DNA from: Bacteroidales bacterium
GTDB lineage: Bacteria > Bacteroidota > Bacteroidia > Bacteroidales > SZUA-534
Assembly: GCA_046704385.1 (NCBI GenBank)
Contig: JBJKSB010000041.1
Span: 159,106 to 223,105, forward strand
DNA length: 64,000 nucleotides
Direction of reading: 5' to 3'
Shown: positions 28,440-37,817 of the stretch, piece by piece
Layout of the letters: every line of letters begins with the position of its first letter
Numbering within the stretch: the stretch's first letter is position 1
Notes under the pieces: generated by a model
Database searches by the model: none
Seen by the model: only the letters and a program-made list of their open reading frames with translations
What the model was told of the DNA's origin: nothing
Made by a program: the position numbers and the translations under genes

Positions 28440-30953
28440 ATGAATTTAAAGAACGCAATTTTAGCAATTACTCTTATAACTTTATTTTTCTCAACACGGG
28501 CCCAAGTAATTTTTGAGGCAGAGGATGCCTTTTTTTCTTCAGGGAAAGTTGACACAAAACATGTTGGGTTTACCGGTGATGGCTTTGTAGATACTGAGAA
28601 CAACTCTGGTGAATACGTTGAATGGAGCATACATAGTTTTAAACAGGTAACCGACACACTGGGATTCAGGTATTCATTAGGAAAAGATGAACACCGAACC
28701 ATGCAGGTGTGGGTCAATGGAAATTTGACGGATACTATTGATTTCGACAATACCGTTTTGTTTACCACTTATGAATATAAGTATACCGTTGCTACACTGG
28801 AGGTTGGTGATAACACAGTAAAATTACTAGCCATTAATCCCAATGGGGCTCCAAATCTCGATCACATGACAGCTAAGACAGATACAAACCTGTATCTGCA
28901 TATAAATTCTATTGTTAATGGTTCTGGCAGTGTTAGTCAAAATCCGCCAGGCGATTCTGTAAAATACGGCACACGTATCAAAATAACAGCGACTCCGAAT
29001 TCTGGTTATAGCTTCCTCAATTGGACTGGCGACAGGTCAGGAACGAACAATACCCTGGCATTAACTCTTGACAATAATTACGCAGTTACTGCCAATTTTA
29101 GTAACAATTTACCTGCATTTCCGGGAGCTGAGGGCTTTGGAGCCCTGACAACAGGAGGCAGAGGTGGTGAAGTTATTGAGGTGACAAATTTAAATGATTC
29201 AGGAACGGGCAGCTTGCGCGATGCCATCCAAAAATCAGGTGCTCGCACCATTGTTTTTCGGGTTTCGGGTACCATCTATCTGAAATCAAGTTTGTCAATC
29301 AGTAATGGAAATTTAACCATTGCAGGGCAAACTGCACCTGGTGATGGTATTTGTTTGGCAGGCTACACGGTTAAAGTAAAGGCCGACAATGTAATTATTC
29401 GTTTTATCAGATCAAGACTGGGCGATGTAAATCTTGTGCAGGATGATGCCATGAATGGCACCAACCACAAAAATATTATCATTGACCATTGCAGCCTAAG
29501 CTGGTCGGTTGATGAAACGGGTTCATTTTACGACAACGAAAACTTTACCATGCAGTACTGTTTATTAAGCGAATCACTTTACAATTCGGTTCATGATAAG
29601 GGGCCTCACGGATATGGTGGTATCTGGGGAGGAAAAGGAGCATCGTTCCATCACAATTTGTTGGCCGATCATACCAGCCGCAACCCGCGTTTTTGCGGAT
29701 CGCGCTATTCAAATCTGCCCGACAGGGAGCTAATTGATTTCAGGAATAATGCCATTTTTAACTGGGGATTTAACAGTATTTATGGGGCCGAAGGAGGCAG
29801 CTATAATCTGGTGAATAATTATTATAAATCGGGTCCGGCCACCAAATCAAGTATAAGAGACCGTATCATAAATCCCAATGCTGATGATGGTACAAACAGC
29901 CAGCCTGCAGGCGTGTGGGGAAGGTTTTATTTGAATGGAAACTATGTAGAAGGATTTGCTGATGTTTCAACGAACAACTGGTTAGGTGCCGATTATTCAG
30001 GAACCTCGGAAAGTACTATTAAATCAGATACCGAGTTTAAAGTGGCTGATATTACGACACAAGATGCCCAGGTGGCTTTCGAGCATATTCTGGCGCAGAC
30101 AGGTGATATATTGCCTAAAAGAGATGTGGTGGATTCCCGGATTATTAATGAAACGGTTTCCGGAAATCCGGTCTATGGAGACACTTATGGCAATGGTATT
30201 ATTGACTCACAGAAAAGCGTGGGCGGATGGCCGGAATTAAATTCAACAACCCCCCCGACAGATACCGATCACGACGGTATGCCTGATGCCTGGGAGCAGG
30301 CTAATGGTCTGGACATTAACAATCCTGATGACCGCAATGACGATGCAGATAATGATGGCTACACAAACCTGGAGGAGTATTTAAATAGTTTGGTTGATGA
30401 TTATACTTATATCATCAGACCGATAAATTTCAGGGTTGAATCAAGCTCTGAAACTCAGATAAACCTTGCCTGGGATGATGTGGTGGATAACGAAACCGGC
30501 TTTTTATTGGAAAGGAAACGGCGCTCTGGTGAATTTGTTGAAATTGCGCAGCTTCAGGCAAATACATCAGGGTATACCGATAAAATTACGGAGCCCGCAC
30601 TTTATACATACCGGTTAAGGGCCGTAAATAAAACCGACACTTCTTTTTATACCGATTCTGTTGTTGTTGACCTTTCTACGGGAATCAATACAAAAAAAAC
30701 GGGAATAAATAATTTCAGGGTTTACCCTATTCCATTTCAAAACACGTTAGAGGTTGCATTTGAAAAGAATACAAACGAAAAAGTTCAGCTAAATTTGGTT
30801 GATATGATGGGAAAAATAATCTGGCAGCGATATTCATATACACAGAATAAATTTATTATTGACACCAAAAACATAAATGATGGTATTTACCTGCTTCAGG
30901 TATCTACACCGACAGATTATTTTATTAATAAGATTGTTAAATCGGCAAACTAA
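28440..30953 (+). CDS. Multidomain PL1 pectate lyase (CBM-like, InlB-B-repeat-like, PL1, TSP3-type Ca-binding repeats, FN3 and T9SS CTD)
   Basis: 837 aa. The N-terminal 'VIFEAEDAFF...' looks like a CBM6/35-type module. 'GSGSVSQNPPG...ATPNSGYSFLNWTGD' is a Listeria-Bacteroides repeat. The PL1 core contains 'FPGAEGFGALTTGGRGGEVIEVTNLNDSGTGSLRDA'. It also has 'DTDHDGMPDAWE...DADNDGYTNLEEY'. The C-terminal CTD begins 'FRVYPIPFQNTLEV...GIYLLQV'. Confidence 0.85.
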   Translation: MNLKNAILAITLITLFFSTRAQVIFEAEDAFFSSGKVDTKHVGFTGDGFVDTENNSGEYVEWSIHSFKQVTDTLGFRYSLGKDEHRTMQVWVNGNLTDTIDFDNTVLFTTYEYKYTVATLEVGDNTVKLLAINPNGAPNLDHMTAKTDTNLYLHINSIVNGSGSVSQNPPGDSVKYGTRIKITATPNSGYSFLNWTGDRSGTNNTLALTLDNNYAVTANFSNNLPAFPGAEGFGALTTGGRGGEVIEVTNLNDSGTGSLRDAIQKSGARTIVFRVSGTIYLKSSLSISNGNLTIAGQTAPGDGICLAGYTVKVKADNVIIRFIRSRLGDVNLVQDDAMNGTNHKNIIIDHCSLSWSVDETGSFYDNENFTMQYCLLSESLYNSVHDKGPHGYGGIWGGKGASFHHNLLADHTSRNPRFCGSRYSNLPDRELIDFRNNAIFNWGFNSIYGAEGGSYNLVNNYYKSGPATKSSIRDRIINPNADDGTNSQPAGVWGRFYLNGNYVEGFADVSTNNWLGADYSGTSESTIKSDTEFKVADITTQDAQVAFEHILAQTGDILPKRDVVDSRIINETVSGNPVYGDTYGNGIIDSQKSVGGWPELNSTTPPTDTDHDGMPDAWEQANGLDINNPDDRNDDADNDGYTNLEEYLNSLVDDYTYIIRPINFRVESSSETQINLAWDDVVDNETGFLLERKRRSGEFVEIAQLQANTSGYTDKITEPALYTYRLRAVNKTDTSFYTDSVVVDLSTGINTKKTGINNFRVYPIPFQNTLEVAFEKNTNEKVQLNLVDMMGKIIWQRYSYTQNKFIIDTKNINDGIYLLQVSTPTDYFINKIVKSAN

Positions 30954-30991
30954 CTTTATGTCATGCTTGAACGCCCTGTTATACTAAACAT

Positions 30992-31024
30992 AATCGGGGT
31001 GCGACTTTGAGTCGCGTCCCGATT
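30992..31024 (+). terminator. Long GC-rich hairpin downstream of the PL1 gene (terminator-like, no clear T-run)
   Basis: AATCGGGGTGCGACT-TTG-AGTCGCGTCCCGATT forms a 15-bp stem with 2 mismatches. Confidence 0.45.
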
Positions 31025-31146
31025 AGATGTAGAATATTGCGATAGAAAAAGCTTAACCTGACACTAACCGTTTGTTCTTAAATACCAGAATTATAAAAAG
31101 CAATCTTTCAAACGCGGAACAAGAAATTATAAATTGAAAACAGATT

Positions 31147-31887
31147 ATGAAAAAACATCGTAAAATACTGCTTTTTGGTCTTTTAATTGCCTTAATTGCC
31201 TGTAAGAAACATACCCCGGTACTTTATATGATTGGTGATTCAACCATGGCCAACAAAGAAAAACTTTATTTGCCCGAACGGGGATGGGGGCAGCTTTTCC
31301 CGCAATTATTTATCGATAGTTTTGTGATTGAAAATCATGCTAAAAATGGACGGAGTACACGCTCGTTTATTTATGAAGGGCGATGGGATTCAGTGTATGC
31401 AAAATTGCAGCCTGGCGATTTTGTCATCATACAGTTCGGCCATAATGATGAGAGCGAACAAAAGACAGAGCGCTATGCCACGAAAAAGGAATACGAGTAC
31501 AATTTGCGAAAGTTTGTCCGGGAAACGCGGGCCAAAAAAGCAAATCCGATTTTGGCAACTCCAATCGTACGCAGGCGTTTCGACGAAAATGGTCAATTTT
31601 ACGATACGCATGGCGATTATCCGGATATTGTTCGTAAAATAGCTGCAGATTCAAATGTACCTTTGTTGGAGATGCATTTAAAAAGCATGGAGATGGTTAA
31701 GAATGCAGGGCCGGAAAAATCGAAAGAAATTTATTTACATATTCCTCCAAATGTGAACGATTCATTACCTGATGGTAAAATTGATAATACACATTTCTCA
31801 GAATTCGGGGCGTTGGAAATGGCAAAAATTGCCCGTGACGAAATCAGGGAAAAAGTTCCTAATCTGGCAATCTATCTTAAAAAATGA
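31147..31887 (+). CDS. CE12 rhamnogalacturonan acetylesterase (SGNH/GDSL hydrolase)
   Basis: 246 aa with a lipoprotein signal 'LLIALIAC'. Block I is 'GDSTMA', block III is 'IQFGHND' and block V is 'DNTHF'. Confidence 0.85.
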   Translation: MKKHRKILLFGLLIALIACKKHTPVLYMIGDSTMANKEKLYLPERGWGQLFPQLFIDSFVIENHAKNGRSTRSFIYEGRWDSVYAKLQPGDFVIIQFGHNDESEQKTERYATKKEYEYNLRKFVRETRAKKANPILATPIVRRRFDENGQFYDTHGDYPDIVRKIAADSNVPLLEMHLKSMEMVKNAGPEKSKEIYLHIPPNVNDSLPDGKIDNTHFSEFGALEMAKIARDEIREKVPNLAIYLKK

Positions 31888-33491
31888 GGAAAATTAAGTA
31901 TTCAGTAGTTTTAATTTTAGTTATTTATCTTTTAAGTAGCTGTACTCCAAAAGAGTCAAAGCAATATATAAAAATCAGCTATACCAATCCGGTGCTGCAT
32001 GCCGATTATTCTGATCCTGATGTTATACAATCCGGCGATAAATATTACATGACCGCTTCAAGTTTTAATTGTGTGCCGGGATTACCTTTACTGGAATCGG
32101 AAAACCTGGTGGATTGGAAACTCATAAACTATGCATTACCGGAACTTTATCCTGATTCGGTCTTTTCAAAGCCGCAACATGGTAATGGAGTTTGGGCACC
32201 ATCCATGCGGTTTCATAACAACAAATATTATATATTTTATGGCGATCCGGATTATGGAATTTACATGCTTTCCGCCGATTCCATTAATGGAAAATGGAGT
32301 AAACCCTGGCTGGTAAAGGCTGGCAACGGCTGGATTGACCCCTGTCCTTTGTGGGATGACGATGGCCGGGCATGGCTGGTACATGCCTGGGCAGGGAGTC
32401 GAGCCGGGATAAAAAGCACATTAATGCTTCATCAAATGAGTCCTGATGGCAAAGCTTTATTGGATAATGGAATTATTATTTTTGATGGACACGATGGTAA
32501 CGCAACGGTGGAAGGCCCTAAACTATACAAACACAATGGCTATTATTATGTTTTTGCTCCCGCCGGGGGTGTGACTTTTGGATGGCAACTAGTACTACGG
32601 TCAAAAGATATTACGGGGCCATACGAGGTTCGGCAGGTACTTCATCAAGGCTCCTCACAAATTAATGGCCCACATCAGGGAGCCTGGGTTACCGGACCTG
32701 ATGGAAGTTCGTGGTTTATCCATTTTCAGGATAAAGGAGCATTTGGCAGGATTGTACATCTGCAACCCATGCTGTGGAATGAAGATTGGCCTGCTATGGG
32801 CATTGATATTGATAAAGATGGAATTGGAGAGCCGGTTTTTTCAGGTGAAATTAATGCACTTAAAGACCGACCGGAGTATAATCCCGATCAATTTTCAGAT
32901 GAATTTAATACTTCTGTTCTTAATCTGAACTGGCAATGGCATGCCAATCCAACGGCAAGGTATGGTGCCCCAACTGGACATTTAGGATATTTGCGTTTGA
33001 ATGCTTCTCCGTTCAATGAAATTAGAAACTTGTGGGAAGCTCCTAATTTATTATTGCAGAAATTTCCTGCCGAAAACTTTTCGGCTACGACAAAATTAAA
33101 TATTCATCTAAAGGAAGAAGGAGACAAAAGCGGCTTGTTAATCATGGGTTACGACTATGCCTGGATTGGCATACAGCGAAAAAACAATCAGAACCAACTG
33201 GTTTATGTTAATTGCCATGATGCTTACAAAAAAGGAACGGAACAAACCCTGTTTACACTTCCTTATGCTTTGGATTCGGTGTTTTTAAAAGTGCAGGTTG
33301 CACCCGATGCCACCTGTAAGTTTTCGTACAGTGCAGACAATAAGAGTTTTACCGCTTTTGACAAATCATTTACAGCATTGCCCGGAAAATGGATCGGGGC
33401 AAAAGTGGGTTTGTTCTGCATCGGTTCATCTACCACCAACGATGCCGGGTATGTAAATATTGACTGGTTTAGGATGCCTGTGGGAGAATAA
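31884..33491 (+). CDS. GH43 glycoside hydrolase (beta-xylosidase / alpha-L-arabinofuranosidase type) with a C-terminal concanavalin-like domain
   Basis: 535 aa. It contains 'YTNPVLHADYSDPDVIQSGDKYYMTASSF' and 'VEGPKLYKHNGYYY'. Its start overlaps the CE12 stop by 4 nt (ATGA). Confidence 0.85.
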   Translation: MRKIKYSVVLILVIYLLSSCTPKESKQYIKISYTNPVLHADYSDPDVIQSGDKYYMTASSFNCVPGLPLLESENLVDWKLINYALPELYPDSVFSKPQHGNGVWAPSMRFHNNKYYIFYGDPDYGIYMLSADSINGKWSKPWLVKAGNGWIDPCPLWDDDGRAWLVHAWAGSRAGIKSTLMLHQMSPDGKALLDNGIIIFDGHDGNATVEGPKLYKHNGYYYVFAPAGGVTFGWQLVLRSKDITGPYEVRQVLHQGSSQINGPHQGAWVTGPDGSSWFIHFQDKGAFGRIVHLQPMLWNEDWPAMGIDIDKDGIGEPVFSGEINALKDRPEYNPDQFSDEFNTSVLNLNWQWHANPTARYGAPTGHLGYLRLNASPFNEIRNLWEAPNLLLQKFPAENFSATTKLNIHLKEEGDKSGLLIMGYDYAWIGIQRKNNQNQLVYVNCHDAYKKGTEQTLFTLPYALDSVFLKVQVAPDATCKFSYSADNKSFTAFDKSFTALPGKWIGAKVGLFCIGSSTTNDAGYVNIDWFRMPVGE

Positions 33492-33545
33492 TTTTTAACA
33501 TAAATAAATGATCAAGAATTGATAAAGACTCTGAAATTAAGCTTT

Positions 33546-33736
33546 TTTCCCTCACTGAGGGAAACGAAGTTCGTGAACGCCATAAAAAATAATTATATGT
33601 GTGAACAAAATCCCGACAACCTGTCCCGAACTTGTTTCGGGAGGGAAAAAGGTGAAAAAGAAATATATTAATTTGTACCCTTCTCCCGCCTATTGGCGGG
33701 ATTACCCTAACCTGGGGAGAACGAAGACGTTGAAGC
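33546..33736. repeat. Cluster of GC-rich hairpins and a degenerate direct repeat in a 404-bp gap inside the PUL
   Basis: There are three hairpins: TTTCCCTCA-C-TGAGGGAAA (33546-33564), TCCCGAA-CTTGT-TTCGGGA (33624-33642) and TCCCGCC-TATT-GGCGGGA (33684-33701). The direct repeat is GGGAAACGAAGTTCGTGAACGCC (33559-33581) versus GGGAGAACGAAGACGTTGAAGCC (33714-33736). Confidence 0.5.
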
Positions 33737-33895
33737 CAGTATTAAATAAAGTAAATTCAATTGATTTTTTACTAGGTTGACAGTCTGCCATGAACTTGAT
33801 TTTAGGGGACGTTACTATGGAGGATGAATATCCCTAAATTCACATATTTGAAATGACAAGAATAATGTAATTGAAAAACATTAAAATAAAGAATA

Positions 33896-36313
33896 ATGAA
33901 GAATATATTTTTAATATTAATCGCCGGAAGCCTTGGTTTATTTGCTAATGCCCAGGACACGGCTTCTGTAGTTTGGTCGCTGAATGTTAACACTGCTGAT
34001 TCCTATATTTCAAGTGGTGCGGTGAATGCTACGAATCAAACTTCAAGCGATTCATACGTAATTCGCGATTATGGAGGCATGGAAACCAGCCAACGGGTAT
34101 ATTCATCAGGAAGCGGATTGGGATATTGGCCCAACGAAACCAGAGAAAATCTTGACAGGTATTGTGAATTCAATATATCCCCTCGGACAGGAGTTGATTT
34201 ACAGCTAACAGGAATAAGCATGAGGCTTGGTAACAGTGGGGGCTCCAATGAAGTGCGGGCCAGCATTTATTATTCAACCGATAATTTTGAAACCGCAACC
34301 CGCCTTGACTCTGATATAGTTTTGCCTAGCAAGGCATTAATTCCACTTGATTACGATGTAAGAGATTCAAATATTCTGGTCAGTCTTGATAAGTCGATAA
34401 CAATAAGGGTTTATCCATGGCTGGTAGGAGGGGTGGCCAGCGGTAAATATTTTAATATTGCCGATGTCAAACTTGCTGGTTTGACCACTGGTGAAGTGGT
34501 TCCTGAACTTGCGCAAGTGGAAGCAACCTGTATAACGAAAATTTCAACGCAAACAGCCTTGTTTCAAGGGAGACTAATTAACACGGGCGGTGTAACCCTC
34601 GATTCACTGGGTATTGCTTATGGCACAAATGAAACACCAGACACTTCTCAAAATATTATTCTGGTTAATCCGGTTGCAGGCGATTTTGAAGTTCCCTTGG
34701 CTGATTTAATTCCCGGCCAAATGTATTATGTTCGGGTTTTTGCGATTAATGATGCAGGAGTTGCATATAGCAACGAGCTGAGTTTTACCGCCTTATTACA
34801 CCTTTCGATTCCCGGGGTAAATACCGTTGATATTTCCGATTTGAGGCCAACCGGTGCCGTGGCTCATGGCGATGTTTTTTTTGATGGCGGGCTCGAAGTA
34901 ACCATGACAGGATTTTGTTACAGTCAGCAGGTTTCACCCACCATTTCAGATAGCACGGTTAATGCCGGGGAAGGATTGGGAAGTTTCAGTGCGTATCTGA
35001 CTAATTTAAAGAGCAAAAAGACGTATTATGTGAGAGCATTCGCTAAAAATTCTGAAGGGGTTGGTTATGGCGATGAACTAGAATTTATCACTCCGGATTA
35101 TCAACCGGAACTTAATTATACGGTAGATTTAAACGGATCGGCTGATTTTAAAACCCTACAGGAGGCTTTTGACGCAGTTCCATTGAATTATCTGGGGAAT
35201 ATTAATATTTATGTGAAAAAAGGAATTTACCATGAGAAAGCCTTACTGGAAAAAGGGAAGATAAATGTCCACCTGATGGGAGATGACCGCGACAGCACCA
35301 TAATTACCTGGGACGACTATTCTGGCAAGGTGGTTGACGGAGTTACCCTGGGGACATCAACTTCGTATACCGTGGCTGTTGATGCCGATGATTTTATAGC
35401 TCAAAATATTACTTTTCAGAACACCTATAATGGTTCGCAGGCCGTAGCGTTAAGGGTGAAAGGCGATCGTATGATTTTCCAGCAATGCAAATTGCTTGGC
35501 TTCCAGGACACCTATTATACCTGGGGCACAGGACGTGTTTATATGCAGGATTGTTATATTGAAGGCACCGTCGATTTTATATTTGGCAGCTCTGTTGCTG
35601 TATTCAAAAACTGTGAAATTAAAAGTTTACGCAATTCCACAATAACAGCAGCATCGACTCTTGAAAATTACAGTTTTGGATACATATTTATGAATTGTAA
35701 ACTAACCGCCGATAATATAACAGGAGCTTCGTTAGGACGTCCCTGGAAACCTTATGCCCAAACTGTTTTTATGAACACGGAAGAAGGCAGTCATATTTCT
35801 GCTCAGGGCTGGTTGGAATGGAGCGGAACCACCAATCATCTCACAGCCTGTTATGCCGAATATAATTGTTCTGATGAAGGGTATAAACCAGACAGCCGGG
35901 TTGCCTGGTCGCATCAGCTTACTGATGAAGAAGCGGCGGTATACACTATCGAAAATATCTTTTCGAAAAACAGTGCAGATCCGGATTATTATTATGACTG
36001 GATTCCGGTTTTTGATCCGGTTGTGGTTTCCATTTCTTCGCCGGAAGGCTCATCAGGTAATAATGTATTGCCTGTTTACCCTAATCCGTGTAACGGTGAT
36101 GCTGTAATAGCCTATGAATTATCGGAATCTTCGACAGTATGTTTTACCATTTATTCCAGCGAGGGTCGTTTAATAAAGGAAGTACCGATGAAAAAGCAAA
36201 ACCCCGGGAAATATGAATTAAAGCTAAATACAGCGGATTTACCTTCAGGAATATACCTTGTAAAAGCAGTTATAAATGATAGCATTTCCAGCCAGTTATT
36301 AGTCAAACCATAA
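33896..36313 (+). CDS. CE8 pectin methylesterase with a long N-terminal non-catalytic region and a T9SS CTD
   Basis: 805 aa. The canonical CE8 motifs 'SQAVALRV', 'GFQDTYY', 'GTVDFIFG' and 'LGRPWKPY' are present. There are two ~95-aa tandem repeats ending '...YYVRVFAINDAGVAYS' and '...YYVRAFAKNSEGVGYG'. The C-terminal CTD begins 'VYPNPCNGDAVIAY...GIYLVKA'. Confidence 0.9.
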   Translation: MKNIFLILIAGSLGLFANAQDTASVVWSLNVNTADSYISSGAVNATNQTSSDSYVIRDYGGMETSQRVYSSGSGLGYWPNETRENLDRYCEFNISPRTGVDLQLTGISMRLGNSGGSNEVRASIYYSTDNFETATRLDSDIVLPSKALIPLDYDVRDSNILVSLDKSITIRVYPWLVGGVASGKYFNIADVKLAGLTTGEVVPELAQVEATCITKISTQTALFQGRLINTGGVTLDSLGIAYGTNETPDTSQNIILVNPVAGDFEVPLADLIPGQMYYVRVFAINDAGVAYSNELSFTALLHLSIPGVNTVDISDLRPTGAVAHGDVFFDGGLEVTMTGFCYSQQVSPTISDSTVNAGEGLGSFSAYLTNLKSKKTYYVRAFAKNSEGVGYGDELEFITPDYQPELNYTVDLNGSADFKTLQEAFDAVPLNYLGNINIYVKKGIYHEKALLEKGKINVHLMGDDRDSTIITWDDYSGKVVDGVTLGTSTSYTVAVDADDFIAQNITFQNTYNGSQAVALRVKGDRMIFQQCKLLGFQDTYYTWGTGRVYMQDCYIEGTVDFIFGSSVAVFKNCEIKSLRNSTITAASTLENYSFGYIFMNCKLTADNITGASLGRPWKPYAQTVFMNTEEGSHISAQGWLEWSGTTNHLTACYAEYNCSDEGYKPDSRVAWSHQLTDEEAAVYTIENIFSKNSADPDYYYDWIPVFDPVVVSISSPEGSSGNNVLPVYPNPCNGDAVIAYELSESSTVCFTIYSSEGRLIKEVPMKKQNPGKYELKLNTADLPSGIYLVKAVINDSISSQLLVKP

Positions 36314-37570
36314 ATGAGAAGAAGCATGGGCAAAAGATTTTTAACGTTCGTTATTCTTTTAGGAATCAGGATTTTATATGCTGAAAATTTACCCCATAAT
36401 ATTGTTGTAGCAAAAGATGGCACCGGTAATTTTGCTTCGGTTTCTGAAGCTATTGAATCACTGCCCATGTATTGTTACGAAAGGGTTACCATCTTTATAA
36501 AAAATGGCACATATAATGAAAAAATAAAGATCGATCGTGATTATGTGACCCTTATTGGTGAAGATCGAGATAGTACCCGTATTGAATTTAATCAATTACG
36601 TGAAGACTGGAATAAAAACAGGGACGATATAGGACCGGCGGTAGTGAATATCTTTGCAGACAATATTATTATTAAAAATCTGACTATTGAAAATACCCAG
36701 CCACAAATCGGACCGCATGCATTTGCAATTTATGGAACGGGCACACGGACCATTTTACAAAACTGTAAGGTATTGAGCAAAGGAGGTGATACCGTTTCGT
36801 TGTGGGATTATAAAACCGGAATGTATTATCACGACAGCTGTTATTTTCAAGGCGCAGTGGATTTTGTGTGTCCGCGCGGATGGTGTTTTATTTCAAATTC
36901 AACATTTTACGAGGTGAAAAACACGGCAGCGGTATGGCATGCGGCACCAACCAATTCCAACCAGAAATTTGTTCTGGAAAATTGCGATTTCCAGGGAGCG
37001 GATAGTTTTTACCTGGCCCGGCATCATTACGATGCGCAGTTTTACTTTCTGAATTGTACCTTTCCGGCTTTAATGCGCAACAAGCCGGTGGAACATGTAA
37101 TGAATATGAAAGAACCGGAGAAAAACAGGCCGTACTTATACGGCGACCGATATTATTTTCATCATTGCTCAAGAGCGGTAAGTAATTATTCCTGGTTTGC
37201 CGATAATGAAAATAGCTGGCCCAATCATACCACACCCGACAGCATTACTCCGGTATGGACATTCGATTACCAATGGAACCCAACGGATACAACCGAGTTA
37301 AAAATTGCCCGGATGGAATATGAAAATGGATCGCTTTACCTCTGGTTTAACGAATTGGTAATGGCGGTTGATGAACCGGAAATAGTATCGGCATTTGGTG
37401 TACATTTTAAGTATTTTTCCGGGAGCGGCCGCGACAGACTTGAATTTAAAAGTAACCAGGAGTTTGACAGGAATGACTTAACCAAAACGTTCAAATTAGT
37501 AAAAGGAAACATTCAGAACATTACAGCGACAGTAAATCCCCGGAAAGCAAACAGACTCATAATCCAGTAA
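36314..37570 (+). CDS. Divergent CE8-like (pectinesterase-fold) secreted protein
   Basis: 418 aa with a signal peptide. Its ATG abuts the upstream stop (TAAATG). The CE8 motifs are altered: QAVAL becomes 'PHAFAI', xQDT becomes 'GGDT', VDFIFG becomes 'AVDFVCP' and LGRPW becomes 'LARHHY'. Both Asp residues and the Arg are retained, and both Gln residues are lost. Confidence 0.7.
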   Translation: MRRSMGKRFLTFVILLGIRILYAENLPHNIVVAKDGTGNFASVSEAIESLPMYCYERVTIFIKNGTYNEKIKIDRDYVTLIGEDRDSTRIEFNQLREDWNKNRDDIGPAVVNIFADNIIIKNLTIENTQPQIGPHAFAIYGTGTRTILQNCKVLSKGGDTVSLWDYKTGMYYHDSCYFQGAVDFVCPRGWCFISNSTFYEVKNTAAVWHAAPTNSNQKFVLENCDFQGADSFYLARHHYDAQFYFLNCTFPALMRNKPVEHVMNMKEPEKNRPYLYGDRYYFHHCSRAVSNYSWFADNENSWPNHTTPDSITPVWTFDYQWNPTDTTELKIARMEYENGSLYLWFNELVMAVDEPEIVSAFGVHFKYFSGSGRDRLEFKSNQEFDRNDLTKTFKLVKGNIQNITATVNPRKANRLIIQ

Positions 37571-37817
37571 AACCCTCTGTATTTATTTTATCTCGAATTA
37601 GGTTTTAAAAAATTATACCGAATTAAATTCATAAACTTGTACTATGTTTGGTATAAAAATGAAATATTTATTTGCATACAGTCCTTTGCGAAAGAGTCTG
37701 TTCTGCTTTAAATTACATCAGACAAAATTATATTAGGAAATTAAATCCGGGAAAGGCCATGGTCATATTTAAAACATCCACATCTCTCACACAATATTAT
37801 TTTGTTGTAAAATTAAA

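Noticed and set aside
28430-28768. 112-aa minus-strand ORF overlapping the 5' end of the PL1 gene
   Set aside because: It is antisense to a well-supported multidomain lyase. It has no motifs and no plausible promoter context.
33802-33993. 63-aa minus-strand ORF across the CE8 start
   Set aside because: It overlaps the CE8 signal-peptide region in antisense, and its sequence is AT-rich noise.
36151-36468. 105-aa minus-strand ORF spanning the CE8/CE8-like junction
   Set aside because: It is antisense to two confidently called genes.
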